Positions 49,486-58,886 of a DNA stretch of 64,000 nucleotides are shown here, piece after piece. The number at the start of each line of letters is the position of its first letter. Position 1 is the stretch's first letter. A model generated the notes under the pieces. It was given only the letters and a program-made list of their open reading frames with translations, searched no databases and had not been told where the DNA came from. The translations under genes and the position numbers were made by a program. Where the stretch lies: the IMG/VR virus record IMGVR_UViG_3300027759_000045, positions 186,001 to 250,000 of that record, one strand, 5' to 3'.

Positions 49486-50010
49486 ATGGCAGATTTAATG
49501 ATTGACTTAGAAGGGTTGGGCACTGGCCCCGACACTACAATACTAACTATTGCGGCCCAGAGTTTTGACCCGTTTGGCACAGGTCATCACGACAAGTCTT
49601 ACTATACTAGAGTAACACTGGAAAGCCAAGAAACTCGTAGCATCCAACAAGGCACAATTGACTGGTGGGCAACTCAACCTACTGTGGTTCGGGATGAAGC
49701 ATTTAATGAACAAGATCGAATCCCGTTGGACCAAGCACTGGATGAGTTAGGTAAACTGATTTGGCATTCTAATCGTGTCTGGGCGCAAGGACCCACGTAT
49801 GACATGAACATCCTGGAGCATGCCTACAAGAGCTATAACAAACCCTTGCCTTGGCAGTACTACATGGTACGGGATAGCCGAACTGTGTTTTCGTTATGGC
49901 CTGGCCAGCCTATTCCGCCTACTAGTCACCATGCATTAGAAGACTGCCGTAGACAAATTGGTATGTTACAACGCACACTAAAGCATCTTAATGTTACAGA
50001 GTTGAAATGA
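49486..50010 (+). CDS. DEDDh 3'-5' exonuclease (DexA/Rv2179c-like)
   Basis: MIDLEGL, WW..Q, WAQGPTYD..ILE, RDSRT, HHALED. Confidence 0.85.
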   Translation: MADLMIDLEGLGTGPDTTILTIAAQSFDPFGTGHHDKSYYTRVTLESQETRSIQQGTIDWWATQPTVVRDEAFNEQDRIPLDQALDELGKLIWHSNRVWAQGPTYDMNILEHAYKSYNKPLPWQYYMVRDSRTVFSLWPGQPIPPTSHHALEDCRRQIGMLQRTLKHLNVTELK

Positions 50011-50705
50011 TCATTGGCATATTTGGCGATAGTTTTGCATCGGAAGAATGGCATCCTAATGGATGGAGTTGCTGTCTGCGAACACAATATCAATACAACA
50101 TACAGAATTTTGGTGCCTCGGCTACCAGTTTGTTCTGGTCGTACCAACAGCTAATAAAAAATATTGATAATTTTGATACTATAATATTTGTTGCAACCAG
50201 CCCAGGGCGTCTGTACTGGCCCAACACAGCCCGTAAACTGCATTATATCTCTAGTGTGTTCACCGCACAACAGGCAATCAAATCAAATCCGTCGATAGAT
50301 GACCTAGCTGTATTTAAAGCGGCTGAGCAGTACTATTTAAACTTGGCCAATGATGAGTTTGATGTATTTGTTCATAATCAAATTTTAAAAGAGATTAGCA
50401 AACTATGTACAGATCGCGGAAAAAAACTCATACTGATTCCAGCATTTGATATAAACATTCCTTGCCAATCAGTATTTCGGTGTTCATTAATAGATGTAAC
50501 GATGACAGAATTAGCTACACAATTTGGAACAAATCGTCAATGGCTCGGCGAAAAAAATACACGATTTAATCATCTGAGTGCGGCAAATAATATGATTCTT
50601 GCTGGAATTGTTGATAAACTATTGCATAACGCAGTCTTTTCAGTGGGCCTGGACGATTTTGTATACGAACAAGTGGCTAATCCTGAGTTATATTGGGATA
50701 TTTAA
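50007..50705 (+). CDS. SGNH/GDSL-hydrolase-like protein
   Basis: IFGDSF, N.G..ATS, C-terminal NHLS..NN. Confidence 0.6.
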   Translation: MIIGIFGDSFASEEWHPNGWSCCLRTQYQYNIQNFGASATSLFWSYQQLIKNIDNFDTIIFVATSPGRLYWPNTARKLHYISSVFTAQQAIKSNPSIDDLAVFKAAEQYYLNLANDEFDVFVHNQILKEISKLCTDRGKKLILIPAFDINIPCQSVFRCSLIDVTMTELATQFGTNRQWLGEKNTRFNHLSAANNMILAGIVDKLLHNAVFSVGLDDFVYEQVANPELYWDI

Positions 50706-50719
50706 AATAAAGTAAATTT

Positions 50720-51376
50720 ATGATCATTGGTGTGTGTGGTTTCATTGGTTCTGGTAAAGACACTGTTGCAGATTACTTGGTAAATTTTCACGAGTACAGG
50801 CGTGAAAGTTTTGCTAATAGTTTAAAAGATGCAGTGGCACAGGTGTTTGGGTGGGATCGAACCATGCTGGAAGGTCGTACAAAACAAGCTCGTGATTGGC
50901 GTGAACAAGTGGATCCGTGGTGGAGCGAACGTTTAAACATGCCAGAACTAACTCCAAGGTTAATGCTTCAGTTATGGGGCACAGAAGTGTGTCGTGCTGG
51001 ATTCCATGATGATATTTGGATTGCCAGTTTAGAAAACAAACTGAGAACTAGCCAAGATAACATTGTAATATCTGATTGCCGGTTTCCTAACGAAATTAAA
51101 TCATTGCGAGCTGCCGGTGGTATCATTGTCTGCATCGAGCGCGGCGTCCAGCCGCACTGGTCCACCATTGCTGCCAGAGCAAATCAAGGCGATACCAAAG
51201 CACGGGCCTGGCTAAAGGCGGAAGGTGTCCATGCCAGCGAAACAGCCTGGGTTGGCACTGACTTTGATTTTGTGTTGTACAACAACTCTGATATTGACTC
51301 ACTGTACAAGCAAATACAAACTGTTATAAATCGGGCACCAGGTCGCCCGGCCGCCAGGGCAAATCAGACTTCTTGA
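50720..51376 (+). CDS. Deoxynucleoside monophosphate kinase (T4 gp1-like)
   Basis: GFIGSGKDT, SFA..LK, TPR.MLQ..GTE, ISDCRFPNE, HASE. Confidence 0.92.
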   Translation: MIIGVCGFIGSGKDTVADYLVNFHEYRRESFANSLKDAVAQVFGWDRTMLEGRTKQARDWREQVDPWWSERLNMPELTPRLMLQLWGTEVCRAGFHDDIWIASLENKLRTSQDNIVISDCRFPNEIKSLRAAGGIIVCIERGVQPHWSTIAARANQGDTKARAWLKAEGVHASETAWVGTDFDFVLYNNSDIDSLYKQIQTVINRAPGRPAARANQTS

Positions 51377-51674
51377 TCTCAACTGTGCAGTTTAAACACA
51401 CTGTTTTCAAATTGTTAACACCAGTATTGTGTAAGTTGCCATCCACGTGATACACTGACGTTTGTGCAGAGTACTTGGATTTAAAGCCACATCTATCACA
51501 TGTGGCTTTTTTCTTATAGCCGGCGGATTTCCAACGAGGTTCAGGCGGCTTCGCTCGACGTTGTTTTTTGATACAGTGATCACAGCGTGTTCTATAGTGC
51601 GGAACACCATCACAATAGTAGTTAACAGCACACAATCTCTGTTGGTTACAAGCAGTGCATGAAGGTCTTTGCAT
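51324..51674 (-). CDS. Zinc-finger/HNH-like small protein
   Basis: Start MQRPSCTAC at 51674 (TAAATA 4 nt upstream); CxxC x4; VYHVDGN..N....NL.TVCLNC. Confidence 0.75.
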   Translation of the reverse strand: MQRPSCTACNQQRLCAVNYYCDGVPHYRTRCDHCIKKQRRAKPPEPRWKSAGYKKKATCDRCGFKSKYSAQTSVYHVDGNLHNTGVNNLKTVCLNCTVEIKKSDLPWRPGDLVPDL

Positions 51675-51769
51675 GGAGTATTTAGTGGGAAAACCTTTGC
51701 AAAGGGTGTAATGATTGCGTTTTTTCTGCATAGGTGCTAAATATTAAAACTTAGAAAAAGGATTTAACC

Positions 51770-54700
51770 ATGGCATTAGTATCCCCAGGCGTAGAAGTAA
51801 CGATTATTGACGAAAGTCAATATATCCCTGCAGCTACCAATTCAGTACCATACATTTTAATAGCAACGGCACAGAACAAAGTCAGTGCCGCTGGAGTTGG
51901 CGTTGCACCGGGAACATTGGCAGTAAATGCTAACCGTGTTTATTTAATGACCAGTCAGCGAGATTTGGCCGCTACTTTTGGCAATCCATTCTTCTACAAG
52001 ACCACTGCTGGCACACCAATCAACGGTTACGAACTAAACGAATACGGCCTGTTGGCAGCATACTCTGCACTGGGTGTAAGTAATCGTGCGTATGTGCAAC
52101 GTGTTGACATTGACCTGACAGAACTAACAGCGTCGCTATCACGACCGCTAGGTGCTCCAACTAACAATACCTACTGGTTAGACACTGCAAACACTGAATG
52201 GGGTATTTTCCAATGGAATATCACAACCGGTGTGTTCACTGTTCAAACTCCGATTGTGATCACCAGTACATTACAGTTAGAAACTGGCACAACAGTTCCA
52301 TTACAAACAGTTGGCAGCATTGGTGATTACGCTGTCACTGCAACCAGCACATTTAATCCAGGCTACTACAAACGTGGTGGACCAACATCTGCACAGACCA
52401 GTGCTACTGAACTGTCAGATTTGTACAACACTTGGGTAATAATTGGCAGCGACGAATGGAAAACTGCTTGGCCCACAGTGAGCGGTACATTAGCGCCAAC
52501 CACCTTGACAGCTGGTCAAACTTTTTCTGTCAATGATGTAACAATCACAGTTCCTGCATCACCCAACAACACAGTGGATGGTATTTCTACTGCTATCAAT
52601 ACTGCAGCCATCACTGGTGTTTTTGCAGCCAACATTGGCGGCAAACTGTACATCTATGCTGATTCCACTGCCACAAACGATGGCAGCACAGCTGACACTG
52701 GTGTTGTTTCAATAGCCAACATATCTGGCACTGCGCTGACAACATTGGGTATCACAGCAGACGAGTATTTTGCTCCTACCTATCAGGTAAGTCCAAGTTA
52801 TACAGTTCCACGTTGGGGCTCAACTCAAACACAACCAGCACCAACTGGCAGTGTATGGCAAAAGATTTCTGATGTAAATCAAGGTACTCAGATAGTTGTT
52901 AAAAAATACAGTTCTATTCTTGGTGCATTTGTTGCACAAGCATGTCCAGTATATCTGACTGAAAATGAAGAGTTGTATGCAACTGATCCCAGCGGCGGCG
53001 GAAAAAATATTCCAGCTGGATCTACGTATGCTCATGCAAACATATTAAAAGATAACACATCAAGTTTTACAATATTTGAAAGATATGCCACTGGTGCAAC
53101 AGAAATCACAGGTGATGACACTACCCCTGGACCGTTTGTTTCGGGCAACTCATTTACAATTCTGGCTACTCAACCTGGCACCCTTACGGTTGCTACTGCA
53201 ACAGCCACATTAGAAGGAACCACAGTTGAGGACTTTATTGCCGCAGTCAGTGCTGCCAATGTTCCATATGTTAGTGCCACTGTTAACAGTGCAGGCGCTG
53301 TGGTGTTTACACACTCCGCTGGCGGATCGACAGTATTGACCAATATAACTGGTACACCAGTCACCACAGCTGGATTTAATACCAGCGTAACTGGAGTAAG
53401 AAACAACTATGTCGATGGTGTAGCCACCGGCTTGGGACTAAGTAACTGGGTTACCACACCAACATTTACCTACACTGCAAGCGCAGCCGCACCGGATCAA
53501 GATCCAGCAGACGGTCGTTTATGGTACTACAGTGCAGTTGATGACGTTGACATCTTGATTCAAGACAACGGCGAATGGCAAGGTTATCAGAATGTAACAA
53601 ACGACATCCGTGGTTACGATTTGAGCAACACAAACGCTGCCGGACCAATTATCAGTGCCACTGCGCCTACCACACAAACCAACACAGCAGAATCACCATT
53701 GGTGTACGGTGACTTATGGGTGGACACAAGTGATTTGGAAAACTATCCCAAACTATATCGCTGGCAGCCAGTGAATGGTGTCGATCAATGGGTGGCCATC
53801 GACAACACTGATCAAACCACAGAAAATGGTGTGTTGTTTGCTGATGCACGTTGGGCACCAAACGGTGACACAGATCCTATCACAGCACCGTTCCCAACTA
53901 TCACCAGTTTGTTGGTCAGTGATTACCTGGACCTGGATGCACCAAATCCATCACTGTATCCACAAGGCATGTTGTTGTTCAACTCACGCCGTTCAGGATT
54001 TAATGTCAAGAGTTTCCAGGTTGACTACTTTAACGCAGACACCTATCCAGATGATACACTGCCCGCAGTGACCAATGCTTGGGTAACAGCCAGTGGTCTA
54101 AAAGCCAATGGTTCTCCGTACATGGGACGTCAAGCACAACGTGCTATGATTGTGGCTGCATTGAAGTCGGGTATTGATGTAAACACAGACGTGCGTGAAG
54201 AACAGCGTCAATTCAACTTGATGGCAACTCCGGCCTATCCAGAATTGATGCCAAACATGATTGCACTCAACAACGAGCGCAACAACACAGGCTTTGTGAT
54301 TGGTGACACACCACTACGTTTGGATCCACAAGATATCTTGTTGTGGGCCAGTAACAACAACGGTCTAGGACTAGACACAGGTGACGGTCTAACAGTGGGC
54401 AATCAGTACATGGGTGTATTCTATCCAAGTTGCCAAACAACTGACCTGAGTGGCAGCCCAGTAGTAACAGCACCAAGTCACATGATGATACGTACAATTA
54501 TTCGCAGTGACGAAGTATCATTTCCTTGGTTTGCTCCAGCCGGAACACGTCGTGGTGTGATTGACAACGCTGTACAGCTTGGCTATGTCAACTCTACCAC
54601 AGGTGAATTCCAACCGCTAGGAGTACGTCAAGGCCTGCGTGATGTGCTGTATGAAAATGCAATCAACCCAATTACGTTTATTCCTGGCATTGGTATAACT

Positions 54701-55063
54701 AACTTTGGTAACAAAACAACCACAAGTAACACCACAGCACTGGACCGCATCAATGTGGCACGTTTGGTAGCATTTATTCGTGGACGCCTGGACATCATTG
54801 GCAAGCAGTTCTTGTTTGAACCAAATGATCAGATCACACGCAATCAGATCAAGAACGCAATTGACGGTCTAATGATTGACCTGGTTGCTAAACGTGGTCT
54901 CTATGACTATCTAGTGGTGTGTGATGCGTCAAACAATACTCCTGCACGTATAGATCGTAACGAATTGTATGTTGATATTGCTATTGAGCCAGTCAAGGCA
55001 GTTGAGTTTATCTACATTCCAGTGCGTATCAAGAACACTGGGGAAATTGCTGCCGGCGGCTAA
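51770..55063 (+). CDS. gp18: Tail sheath protein with large insertions
   Basis: LVSPGVEV..IDES N-terminus; WFAPAG..RG, INPI, DRINVARL, FEPND..TR, CD.SNNTP..IDRNEL.VDI.IEP.KAVEFI. Confidence 0.95.
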   Translation: MALVSPGVEVTIIDESQYIPAATNSVPYILIATAQNKVSAAGVGVAPGTLAVNANRVYLMTSQRDLAATFGNPFFYKTTAGTPINGYELNEYGLLAAYSALGVSNRAYVQRVDIDLTELTASLSRPLGAPTNNTYWLDTANTEWGIFQWNITTGVFTVQTPIVITSTLQLETGTTVPLQTVGSIGDYAVTATSTFNPGYYKRGGPTSAQTSATELSDLYNTWVIIGSDEWKTAWPTVSGTLAPTTLTAGQTFSVNDVTITVPASPNNTVDGISTAINTAAITGVFAANIGGKLYIYADSTATNDGSTADTGVVSIANISGTALTTLGITADEYFAPTYQVSPSYTVPRWGSTQTQPAPTGSVWQKISDVNQGTQIVVKKYSSILGAFVAQACPVYLTENEELYATDPSGGGKNIPAGSTYAHANILKDNTSSFTIFERYATGATEITGDDTTPGPFVSGNSFTILATQPGTLTVATATATLEGTTVEDFIAAVSAANVPYVSATVNSAGAVVFTHSAGGSTVLTNITGTPVTTAGFNTSVTGVRNNYVDGVATGLGLSNWVTTPTFTYTASAAAPDQDPADGRLWYYSAVDDVDILIQDNGEWQGYQNVTNDIRGYDLSNTNAAGPIISATAPTTQTNTAESPLVYGDLWVDTSDLENYPKLYRWQPVNGVDQWVAIDNTDQTTENGVLFADARWAPNGDTDPITAPFPTITSLLVSDYLDLDAPNPSLYPQGMLLFNSRRSGFNVKSFQVDYFNADTYPDDTLPAVTNAWVTASGLKANGSPYMGRQAQRAMIVAALKSGIDVNTDVREEQRQFNLMATPAYPELMPNMIALNNERNNTGFVIGDTPLRLDPQDILLWASNNNGLGLDTGDGLTVGNQYMGVFYPSCQTTDLSGSPVVTAPSHMMIRTIIRSDEVSFPWFAPAGTRRGVIDNAVQLGYVNSTTGEFQPLGVRQGLRDVLYENAINPITFIPGIGITNFGNKTTTSNTTALDRINVARLVAFIRGRLDIIGKQFLFEPNDQITRNQIKNAIDGLMIDLVAKRGLYDYLVVCDASNNTPARIDRNELYVDIAIEPVKAVEFIYIPVRIKNTGEIAAGG

Positions 55064-55065
55064 TA

Positions 55066-55090
55066 AAATAGGGACCTGGTCCCTATTTTT
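55066..55090 (+). terminator. Terminator after sheath gene
   Basis: AAAATAGGGACC-T-GGTCCCTATTTTT inverted repeat. Confidence 0.8.
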
Positions 55091-55136
55091 AGTCACGCAT
55101 AGATAACATAAATAACAGTAACAGAGGATAAAAATT

Positions 55137-55781
55137 ATGGCTTCAGCATCGTTAAACAAAATGACAGTACCCTTGGCAAGTGACGCTAGCCAAGGCAGTA
55201 CAGGCATATTAATGCCAAAACTCAAATACCGCTTTCGAGTGATATTTGAAAATTTTGGTGTGCAAGGTGGTCCAGTTACCGAAATGACCAAACAGGTCAT
55301 TGACTTTACACGTCCAACAGTGACATTTGAAAATATTGATTTACCAATTTACAACTCCACTCTTAAAATGGCTGGCAAGCACTCATGGGGCGACGTAAGT
55401 TGTAACTTGCGTGACGATGCCGGCGCTAATGTACAACAACTGGTTGGATCCCAACTACAGAAACAACTGGACTTCTTTGAAATGGCATCTGCGGCCGCAG
55501 GTGCAGATTACAAGTTCACAACCAAGTTTGAAGTACTGGACGGTGGCAACGGTGCTGTTGCTCCAACAGTGTTAGAGTCATGGGAACTGTATGGCTGCTA
55601 CTTGAAAGAAGTAAACTATGGTGATGCCAACTACGCAACCAGTGAAGCAATGACCATTGCACTGAGCATCACATACGACAATGCTAACCAAGTGGTTGGC
55701 GGCGGTGTTGGCGAAACAGGCACTATCCTTGGTACTACGTTAGGCACAGTAACCGGCTTAGGTGGCACCCAAGGCGCCTAA
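55137..55781 (+). CDS. gp19: Tail tube protein
   Basis: PKLKYRFRV.F, RP..TF, AGKHSW, W.LYGC....V.YG...Y, I.YDNA; follows the sheath gene. Confidence 0.88.
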   Translation: MASASLNKMTVPLASDASQGSTGILMPKLKYRFRVIFENFGVQGGPVTEMTKQVIDFTRPTVTFENIDLPIYNSTLKMAGKHSWGDVSCNLRDDAGANVQQLVGSQLQKQLDFFEMASAAAGADYKFTTKFEVLDGGNGAVAPTVLESWELYGCYLKEVNYGDANYATSEAMTIALSITYDNANQVVGGGVGETGTILGTTLGTVTGLGGTQGA

Positions 55782-55789
55782 GTAACTGA

Positions 55790-56929
55790 ATGAGCTTTGG
55801 ACAAAACTTTTTAAAAGGTTTTATTGGCGACAACGGGTTAAGAGATTACACCCACGCCAATAAAACCTTTCGCACAAACGGATACGAACTTGCGCCACGC
55901 TTCAAGTTCAACTTCCACACATTCTTTAATTTAAATTCTGGAGCAATACCATTCTTGCAGGCCATGGTTGGCAATGGCGATGCTGCCAGTATTGGCTTGT
56001 CGGTTAAAACTGTTGACTTGCCCAGCTATCAAATATCAGTTGACACAATGAATCAGTACAATCGTAAGCGATTGGTACAGAGTAAAATTGAATATCAACC
56101 TGTTACCATAACATTCAACGACGATGGCGGCGATCTAATTCGTAATTTATGGTACAACTACTTCAGTTACTACTATAAAGATCCAGTGCAACAGTACGAA
56201 GGTGTGCCAAACACCAACGGAACTAGTGGCAGTTTACAAACAACACCAACCGGATTTGGTTACAACACACGTGACACCTACAGCAACGATAGATTTGTAA
56301 ACGACTGGGGTTATGTGGGTGAAAGTTATACCGATGGAACATTTGCTCCAGAAGGTAAGCCGCCTTTTTTTCGTGACATCAAAATTTACGGACTTAATCA
56401 GCACAAGTTTGCTGCCTATGTGTTGGTGAATCCAATGATCACTGATTGGAAACACGATACCTATGACTACAGTCAAGGCAACGGTATTATGACACACACT
56501 GTGACAATAAAATATGAAACTGTAAAATACTATTCCGGTGCCATTGGTGCTGTGCGTCCCGATACCAATGTGGTTGGGTTTGCTGATCCTAACCATTACG
56601 ATCAGATCCGTAGTTCAATTTCTCGTCCTGGCAGTCAGTCAACTGTGCTGGGACAAGGCGGATTGCTGGATGCTGGTGTGGGCATTTACGAAGACTTGAC
56701 TGCGCTGATGTCTGGTCGTGGTAGTCTTGCCAATGTGATTGGTGGTGTACAAAAAGCACTGAATGTAAATCAAACACTGAAGCGAACACCGCTCTCAAAC
56801 ATCATACGCAATGATGCAAACGCTGTCAAACAAGATGTGTTGCGCAACAGCTTACCGGGCGCAATGCGCAACGCAGCCAACTCTGCCAACAGTATGATAT
56901 TTCCTAAAGCACCGCCTCCTAGACCATGA
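55790..56929 (+). CDS. Tube-fold baseplate protein (gp54/gp19-like)
   Basis: VKTVDLPSY......NQYNRKR..Q.KI.Y.PV.ITF.DD, LVNP.IT...HD. Confidence 0.7.
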   Translation: MSFGQNFLKGFIGDNGLRDYTHANKTFRTNGYELAPRFKFNFHTFFNLNSGAIPFLQAMVGNGDAASIGLSVKTVDLPSYQISVDTMNQYNRKRLVQSKIEYQPVTITFNDDGGDLIRNLWYNYFSYYYKDPVQQYEGVPNTNGTSGSLQTTPTGFGYNTRDTYSNDRFVNDWGYVGESYTDGTFAPEGKPPFFRDIKIYGLNQHKFAAYVLVNPMITDWKHDTYDYSQGNGIMTHTVTIKYETVKYYSGAIGAVRPDTNVVGFADPNHYDQIRSSISRPGSQSTVLGQGGLLDAGVGIYEDLTALMSGRGSLANVIGGVQKALNVNQTLKRTPLSNIIRNDANAVKQDVLRNSLPGAMRNAANSANSMIFPKAPPPRP

Positions 56930-57288
56930 GCTCAATTAACAACACCAACTACAATCTAGATCTCACTGTGAGAGTGTTTGACAGTTTTTACGGATACGAG
57001 CAGTTTGTTGACAGCAATGAATATGATGTGGTGCTCAGTTACTTCAAGACAACATGCACCACTGCGGTAGCAGCGGCCAACTTTGCCACGGCTCTGTTCA
57101 GAGTTGCCAATGAACAAAGTATACCGGTGCTGTCATTGTTACAGCAGATGCAAACAACTTCTAATACTGCAGAACTGAACTTGACTCTGGCATATTATCT
57201 CAATGACCAGCGTAGTAATGCCACCTTGCTTGGCGTATCACAACCTGTGCAGCCAAACTACTATGCGGCACGAAATGCCCGGGCATGA
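56926..57288 (+). CDS. Hypothetical protein
   Basis: 120 aa, ATGA-type overlaps with both neighbours. Confidence 0.65.
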   Translation: MSSINNTNYNLDLTVRVFDSFYGYEQFVDSNEYDVVLSYFKTTCTTAVAAANFATALFRVANEQSIPVLSLLQQMQTTSNTAELNLTLAYYLNDQRSNATLLGVSQPVQPNYYAARNARA

Positions 57289-57716
57289 GCAAGTTTGCAC
57301 AAGGACCCTACACTGTAAAAAACCCTGCCAAGTATGTGGGCAAGGGTACCCCACGTTATAGATCAGGATGGGAATTATCGTTCATGATATTTCTGGACAA
57401 CAACGACAATGTGATGCAGTGGGCCAGTGAAAGCATACAGATCCCTTATCGCAATCCTGTCACAGGAAAACAAAGCATCTACATACCGGATTTTTTGATC
57501 ACATACAGAACACGTCAGAACACCTTGATTGCAGAAGTGATCGAAATCAAACCCAAAAAACAAAGCATCATTGAAAGTAAAATGAACAACAGAGACCGTA
57601 TGGTTGTGGCCATCAACTACGCCAAATGGGCATCTGCAACCAAGTGGTGCAACCGCAACGGCTTAAAATTCAGAGTAATCACAGAAGAAGACATGTTCCG
57701 CAACGGCGGAAAATAA
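57285..57716 (+). CDS. gp4: Head completion nuclease (TnsA-like)
   Basis: NP.KY.G...YRS.WE..FM...D......WASE...IPY......Y.PDF...EIKP...N.AKW..A..WC...G..F.VITE. Confidence 0.9.
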   Translation: MSKFAQGPYTVKNPAKYVGKGTPRYRSGWELSFMIFLDNNDNVMQWASESIQIPYRNPVTGKQSIYIPDFLITYRTRQNTLIAEVIEIKPKKQSIIESKMNNRDRMVVAINYAKWASATKWCNRNGLKFRVITEEDMFRNGGK

Positions 57717-57749
57717 GCCTCACTATGCCGCAAAAGCGGTAAATATGGT

Positions 57750-58253
57750 ATGACTAAAAAATTAGAAGACCTCTTCGACTTACCGTCTAGCACCGCCGAC
57801 ACAGACGAAACTGTGCCGGATATTGCCACCACACAATATGCCATAACTGAAATTGACAATGCCATTGACAAGATTGATGCTGCCTTACCCGGTGTGCGCG
57901 ATCTAGAAGCCAGTGATGGTGACATGGACGAACTAGCACAAAAAGCCACAGAAACATTTGATGATCTAATGGACCTTGGCATGCAAATCGACAGTCGTTA
58001 TGCCAGTGAAATCTTTGCAGTGGCAGGTGCCATGCTGGGCCATGCACTCACTGCCAAAACAGCCAAGATGAACAAGAAACTCAAAATGATTCAGTTGCAG
58101 TTACAAAAAGCCAAACTGGATCTTGACCGAGAAAAACGCACAGATGACGACTATCAAGAATCTACAGAAACTGCCGAAGGTCAAGTGCTGAGTCGCAATG
58201 ATTTGTTGGATCGACTTATTGGCACAAGAGACCAAAAGAATAAACAAGCATAA
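57750..58253 (+). CDS. Putative terminase small subunit-like helical protein
   Basis: Helical, acidic N-terminus, C-terminal SRNDLL; position after gp4. Assignment is tentative. Confidence 0.4.
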   Translation: MTKKLEDLFDLPSSTADTDETVPDIATTQYAITEIDNAIDKIDAALPGVRDLEASDGDMDELAQKATETFDDLMDLGMQIDSRYASEIFAVAGAMLGHALTAKTAKMNKKLKMIQLQLQKAKLDLDREKRTDDDYQESTETAEGQVLSRNDLLDRLIGTRDQKNKQA

Positions 58254-58273
58254 ATATCATATAGGGATCGATT

Positions 58274-58882
58274 ATGAAACATTTTAAAGAATATCTGGCA
58301 GAGAACGAAAGAGTATACAATTACCGCATCAAAATTGCAGGTGATACTCCCAAAGATCTAGTTCGGGCACTGGGAGAAAAACTTCGTCAATTTGACGTGG
58401 TCAAAATGTCTGCCCCAAAAACGTCACCTGTTCAGGTCCGGTTAGCAGACTTTCCGGCCATTGAAAACGAAAGCTGTACACACATGGATGTTGAATTCCG
58501 GTATCCAGCAATTGAACCACAGATTCGTCAGATTGCACAACTGTTGGGCATTGATCCAAATCGTGTGTGCATGTTGACTGTGCCATACGAAAACAACTAT
58601 GACAAAGAGGCCGCAGATGTTGAAAAACAAAATAAAGATCTGTTGACCAACACGGACTATCCGGCACCGGATGCAGAACAGAAAGCCTTATACAAGGACT
58701 ATTCGGCTGCTCCAGAAGACCATGCAGTGCTGAAAAATACCTATCGCAGTGACTTCACAGTGGCCGGCGGTCGGACACCTCCAGCAGTGACCACAAACAG
58801 TTTACCCATGAACAACAAGAGCCCAATGACCAACATCAAGCGTCCACCCCGGCCAGCAACAGGCTACAACCCTAAAGGATAA
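58274..58882 (+). CDS. Putative internal head protein
   Basis: N-terminal MKHFKEYLAE resembles the T4 capsid-targeting sequence (MKTYQEFIAE). Confidence 0.55.
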   Translation: MKHFKEYLAENERVYNYRIKIAGDTPKDLVRALGEKLRQFDVVKMSAPKTSPVQVRLADFPAIENESCTHMDVEFRYPAIEPQIRQIAQLLGIDPNRVCMLTVPYENNYDKEAADVEKQNKDLLTNTDYPAPDAEQKALYKDYSAAPEDHAVLKNTYRSDFTVAGGRTPPAVTTNSLPMNNKSPMTNIKRPPRPATGYNPKG

Positions 58883-58886
58883 TAAA

